Shown here piece by piece: positions 59,024-62,736 of a stretch of 62,736 nt of DNA. Location of the stretch: assembly GCA_041170365.1 (NCBI GenBank), contig JBEAYY010000061.1, positions 1-62,736 of the forward strand. Direction: 5' to 3'. The notes under the pieces were generated by a model. It saw nothing but the letters and a program-made list of their open reading frames with translations. It had not been told where the DNA came from and did not search any database. This DNA comes from Actinomycetota bacterium (GTDB lineage: Bacteria > Actinomycetota > Actinomycetes > S36-B12 > UBA5976). A program made the translations under genes and the position numbers. How positions within the stretch are numbered: position 1 is the stretch's first letter; the number at the start of each line of letters is the position of its first letter.

Positions 59024-61249
59024 ATGTCAGACGCATCTATCACGCGCAGTAGATTCGCCAAGTTAACTGGCTGGAAGTCTGAAACTAAAGAGATCGATCA
59101 ATTAATAAAAACTTTAAAAAAATATCATTCAAAAGATAATTTTGATTTAGTTAATAAAGCTTACGAAGTTTCTAAAAAACAACATGAAGGCCAGAAAAGA
59201 AGAAGTGGCGAAGAATATATAACTCATCCAATAGCAGTTGCTCAAATTTTGGCAGACTTAGGTTTATCTAGTGAAACTTTGGCAGCAGCACTTCTTCATG
59301 ACACTGTTGAAGACACAGGTTATTCCATTGAAAAATTAGAGGAAGATTTTGGTGCAGAAGTTGCTCGACTAGTAGATGGTGTTACCAAGTTAGACAAAGT
59401 TAAATATGGTGAATCAAGTGCTGCAGAAACTGTACGCAAAATGGTTGTGGCAATGGCCAGAGATATTCGAGTACTTTTAGTTAAACTTGCTGATCGCTTA
59501 CATAACATGCGGACATTAAAATATTTACCTTCGCAAAAACAAGAACAAAAAGCCAAGGAGACTCTTGAAATTTTTGCTCCATTGGCACACAGATTAGGTA
59601 TGAACGCAATTAAATGGGAGTTAGAAGATTTATCTTTTGCAACACTTTATCCAAAAATGTATGAAGAAATTGTGAACTTGGTTAGTCAAAGAGCTCCGCA
59701 AAGAGACAGAGAAATATCAGAAGTTGTAACAATAGTTGAAAAAGATTTAAGTGAGGCAAAAATAAAAGCTGAATTAAGCGCTAGACCAAAACATTATTAT
59801 TCGGTTTATCAAAAAATGATAGTTCGAGGTAGAGATTTTAATGAAATATATGACTTGGTGGGTGTAAGAATTTTAGTTAATGATGTTAAAGATTGTTATG
59901 CCACGCTGGGAACTATTCACTCACGTTGGAATCCAGTTCCTGGAAGGTTTAAAGACTACATCGCAATGCCTAAATTCAATCTTTATAAATCACTACATAC
60001 AACTGTGATTGGAACTAATGGCAGACCTATCGAATTTCAAATTAGAACTTTTGATATGCACAAAGAAGCTGAATACGGTGTGGCAAGTCATTGGCGATAC
60101 AAGGAAAAGCAAAGTAAAGAAGGACTAAGACCAGCCGATGAAATGGCATGGTTAAAGCAATTAGTTGATTGGCAAAAAGAGACAGAAGATCCAGATGAAT
60201 TTTTAGATACTCTTCGCTATGACTTAGGTCAGCAAAAAGAAATTTTTATTTTCACTCCAGCAGGTGATGTTATTGCACTTCCTCACAATGCAACCCCGAT
60301 TGATTTTGCATACGCGGTTCATACAGAAGTGGGAAATCATTGTGTTGGTGCAAGAGTTAACGGCAAATTAGTATCTCTGGATTCAAATTTGGAAAGTGGT
60401 GACAATGTCGAAATTTTTACCACTAAAACTCCAGGATCTGGACCATCTCAAGACTGGTTGAATTTTGCAGTTTCAACAAGAGCTAAAAGCAAAATAAAAG
60501 CCTGGTTCACCAAAGAAAGACGTGAAGAATATATAGAGCAAGGCAAGGATCAAATTGCCAAACAAATTAGAAAACAAAATTTACCCATACATCGTTTGAT
60601 GGCTAATCAATCATTAGTTGCTGTGGCACATGAATTAAGAATTAAAGGTATAGAGGAATTATTTGTCTCAATTGGTGAAGGAAAAGTAAGTGCTCAAAGT
60701 GTTGTTAATAAATTAATTCAAATTCATGGTGGAGAAGAAGGAGCAAGTGAAGATCTAGCTGAGGCGATTGCTCCTACACGTATTAAAAATACGCCAACCA
60801 CAACTCGATCACCATCTGTAATTGTAAAAGGAATTGAAGATGTCTATACCCGTTTGAGTAGATGCTGCACGCCAGTTCCAGGAGATGAAATTTTTGGTTA
60901 CATCACAAGAGGTGGAGGAGTGTCAGTACATAGACAAGATTGCACCAATGCAATGGATTTAAAGAAAGAAGAAGAAAGAATTGTGGAAACTTCTTGGCCA
61001 GAAAGTGGTACCGGAATTTATCTTGTAAATATTCAGGTAGAAGCAATTGATCGAAACGGTTTACTTTCTGATGTGACTAGAACTTTGTCTGAACATCACG
61101 TAAATATTCTCAACGCTTCTGTTTCTACAACTAGAGAAAGAATTGCATTTTCTAAATTTACATTTGAAATGGCAGATCCTAAACATTTAGGAAGTGTATT
61201 AGCGGCAGTTAAAAATATTGCCGGAGTTTATGACGTATATCGCGTTTAG
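59024..61249 (+). CDS. relA: Bifunctional (p)ppGpp synthetase/hydrolase (RelA/SpoT homologue)
   Basis: 741 aa; HD hydrolase domain (HPIAVA...LLHDTVEDT), synthetase domain (YYSVYQKM, YKSLHTTV, EFQIRT), TGS and ACT domains. Confidence 0.95.
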   Translation: MSDASITRSRFAKLTGWKSETKEIDQLIKTLKKYHSKDNFDLVNKAYEVSKKQHEGQKRRSGEEYITHPIAVAQILADLGLSSETLAAALLHDTVEDTGYSIEKLEEDFGAEVARLVDGVTKLDKVKYGESSAAETVRKMVVAMARDIRVLLVKLADRLHNMRTLKYLPSQKQEQKAKETLEIFAPLAHRLGMNAIKWELEDLSFATLYPKMYEEIVNLVSQRAPQRDREISEVVTIVEKDLSEAKIKAELSARPKHYYSVYQKMIVRGRDFNEIYDLVGVRILVNDVKDCYATLGTIHSRWNPVPGRFKDYIAMPKFNLYKSLHTTVIGTNGRPIEFQIRTFDMHKEAEYGVASHWRYKEKQSKEGLRPADEMAWLKQLVDWQKETEDPDEFLDTLRYDLGQQKEIFIFTPAGDVIALPHNATPIDFAYAVHTEVGNHCVGARVNGKLVSLDSNLESGDNVEIFTTKTPGSGPSQDWLNFAVSTRAKSKIKAWFTKERREEYIEQGKDQIAKQIRKQNLPIHRLMANQSLVAVAHELRIKGIEELFVSIGEGKVSAQSVVNKLIQIHGGEEGASEDLAEAIAPTRIKNTPTTTRSPSVIVKGIEDVYTRLSRCCTPVPGDEIFGYITRGGGVSVHRQDCTNAMDLKKEEERIVETSWPESGTGIYLVNIQVEAIDRNGLLSDVTRTLSEHHVNILNASVSTTRERIAFSKFTFEMADPKHLGSVLAAVKNIAGVYDVYRV

Positions 61250-62487
61250 CGGGTGAATTCAGCTAAAGTGGTTTTTGTAACTTCTAAAAGCATTTTTTGA
61301 GTTTCAATTGTTTTAGTTAGAGAATCTACTTTTTTAGTATCACCTTTAGCAGATGCTTCTTGTAATTCTTTTTCAGTTTTTGCAAGTTTATTTTCAATTA
61401 ATTCAAGAGTTGATTGAGCCCTAGCGCTCTTTGCAGGATCTGTTCGATCTAATTCTTTTCTCTCAGCAAATTTGATTGCATCTTCAACTGCTTTTAGGCG
61501 AGATTCAATTTTATTTTTATCATTTCTTGGAACATGGCCTATCTTGCTCCATTCATCTTGAATTGGTCGTATTGCCGATTTTGCCGATTTAATATCGGTA
61601 ATTGGAAGTAATGCTTCTGCTTTTTTTGCAAGTTCTTCCTTTAAAGCTAAATTCTTTTTGTGTTCTTCATCTAAAACTGATAAAGCAGCTGTTCTTGCTG
61701 CAAAGAAAGCATCTTGAGCAACCTTAAATTCTTTCCAAAGTTTTTGTTCTTCTTTTCTTTCCAAAATTGGTGCAGATTTCCACTTAGACATTAAATTTCT
61801 AAATTTATTTGCCGTATCATTCCAGTCTTTTGAATCAACTATTTTTTTAGCTTGTTCTACTATTTCTGATTTAATTTTGGTGGCTTCTTTTCGAGAAGAT
61901 TCCAAAGTTGAAAAATATTGTCTTCTTGCTTTATCAAAAGCTGATCTTGCAGTGCTAAATCTCTTCCACAAAGCCTGCTCTTCTGATTTTGAACCATGAG
62001 GCAGTTTCTTCCATTCCTCAACTATGTCTTTAAATCTTTGAGTAGTAACCTTCCACTGTTTTGAATTAACAAGTTTTTCAGCTTCTTCAACAAGTTGTTT
62101 TCTTTTCTCCATTGCCTTTTCTTTAGCTATAGCTTTAGCAGCAGAAAATTCTGCTTTTTTAACAGCAGCCACCACTTGTAGTTCTTCTAACTTATTTGTT
62201 AGATGAGTAATATCTCCAACAAAATTTGGAGTTGTAAGAGTACTTTTTACTCGTTCAACAAGTTTTAAGGCAGCTTCAGCATTGCCTTTATTTTCTTTTA
62301 ATCTTTGAAGAGTTAATAAGATTTCATTTTCTAATTCTTGAAATTTTCTTATATAAAAATTAAGTCCATCATTTGGATCTCCTGCAGCCCATTGTCCAAC
62401 TTGTTTTTCTGAACCATCTGGCATTTTTACTAATACAGTGCCGTCAGTTTCAACACGACCAAATGCCGTATCTAGGTTGGCTGTCAT
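61246..62487 (-). CDS. DUF349 repeat protein
   Basis: 413 aa; repeated W-x-x-x-x-x-F-(..)-W-K...EE..LW..F..A...F unit at least three times; convergent 4-nt overlap with relA. Confidence 0.75.
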   Translation of the reverse strand: MTANLDTAFGRVETDGTVLVKMPDGSEKQVGQWAAGDPNDGLNFYIRKFQELENEILLTLQRLKENKGNAEAALKLVERVKSTLTTPNFVGDITHLTNKLEELQVVAAVKKAEFSAAKAIAKEKAMEKRKQLVEEAEKLVNSKQWKVTTQRFKDIVEEWKKLPHGSKSEEQALWKRFSTARSAFDKARRQYFSTLESSRKEATKIKSEIVEQAKKIVDSKDWNDTANKFRNLMSKWKSAPILERKEEQKLWKEFKVAQDAFFAARTAALSVLDEEHKKNLALKEELAKKAEALLPITDIKSAKSAIRPIQDEWSKIGHVPRNDKNKIESRLKAVEDAIKFAERKELDRTDPAKSARAQSTLELIENKLAKTEKELQEASAKGDTKKVDSLTKTIETQKMLLEVTKTTLAEFTR

Positions 62488-62515
62488 TTGTAAGGAGATC
62501 TACTTTCTATTTCAA

Positions 62516-62736
62516 TTAACTAATTGTTACTGCTACAGACTCAATAGTGACACTCTGGGCAGGTGCGCCATCAGAGCCCCCGCCATTTACGCCTTGACTT
62601 GCAACTGATTGAACAATTTGTAATCCTTTTGTTATTTTTCCCCAAATTGAATAATTTGGTCCAAGTGTTGTGTCTTGATAAACCAAAAAGAACTGTGATC
62701 CAGAAGTTCCAGGTCCAGCATTTGCCATCGCAACTG
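62516..62736 (-). CDS. Cyclophilin-type peptidyl-prolyl cis-trans isomerase, C-terminal part (N-terminus lies beyond the window)
   Basis: MANAGPGTSGSQFF motif is internal in cyclophilins, so the reading frame must continue past 62736. Confidence 0.8.
   Translation of the reverse strand, partial: VAMANAGPGTSGSQFFLVYQDTTLGPNYSIWGKITKGLQIVQSVASQGVNGGGSDGAPAQSVTIESVAVTIS

Noticed and set aside
1-62736. Searched by eye for CRISPR arrays, IS elements or transposases, integrases, prophage genes, and toxin-antitoxin or known defence gene signatures
   Set aside because: No regularly spaced direct repeats, no terminal inverted repeats flanking an ORF, and no recognisable recombinase, nuclease or ATPase defence motifs were seen. 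Essentially every ORF over 100 aa is explained by housekeeping or transport functions.

Overview
The window is densely packed (short intergenic gaps, many overlapping stop/start codons), AT-rich and almost entirely protein-coding. Gene content and order match conserved Actinobacteria core loci known from Streptomyces and Mycobacterium: sigA-parE-parC-sepH; DUF4193-dut-trkA-trkA-APC permease-RNA methyltransferase-acn; dxs-rnd-DUF3000-msrB; tRNA Gly-Cys-Val; thrS-HIT-pgsA-patA-pimA; pdxS-pdxT-yebC-ruvCAB-secDF-relA. Low GC plus actinobacterial synteny suggests a genome-streamlined freshwater or marine actinobacterium, for example a Nanopelagicales/acI-type lineage; this is inference only. Accessory-looking inserts are a SAM-IV-riboswitch-controlled metY-metX pair, a xylose module (xylB, xylA, a CUT2-type ABC transporter, an epimerase), and a block of secreted cell-wall enzymes (37.9-43.1 kb) next to the tRNA cluster. 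I found no CRISPR array, transposase, integrase, prophage or recognisable defence or toxin-antitoxin module, and I cannot point to a convincing novel multi-gene system. The most unusual observations are: a ParC that ends right after the breakage-reunion domain, with no C-terminal beta-pinwheel; a secreted coiled-coil-GH25 muramidase next to an M23 peptidase and translationally coupled to a PQQ-type dehydrogenase; a 37-aa lysine-rich microprotein gene with a strong Shine-Dalgarno sequence (SD), absent from the supplied ORF track, which lists nothing shorter than 60 aa; and a sugar-binding-protein gene with sharply different codon usage followed by an 18-bp intercistronic hairpin. All family names come from reading motifs by eye and need HMM or BLAST confirmation.
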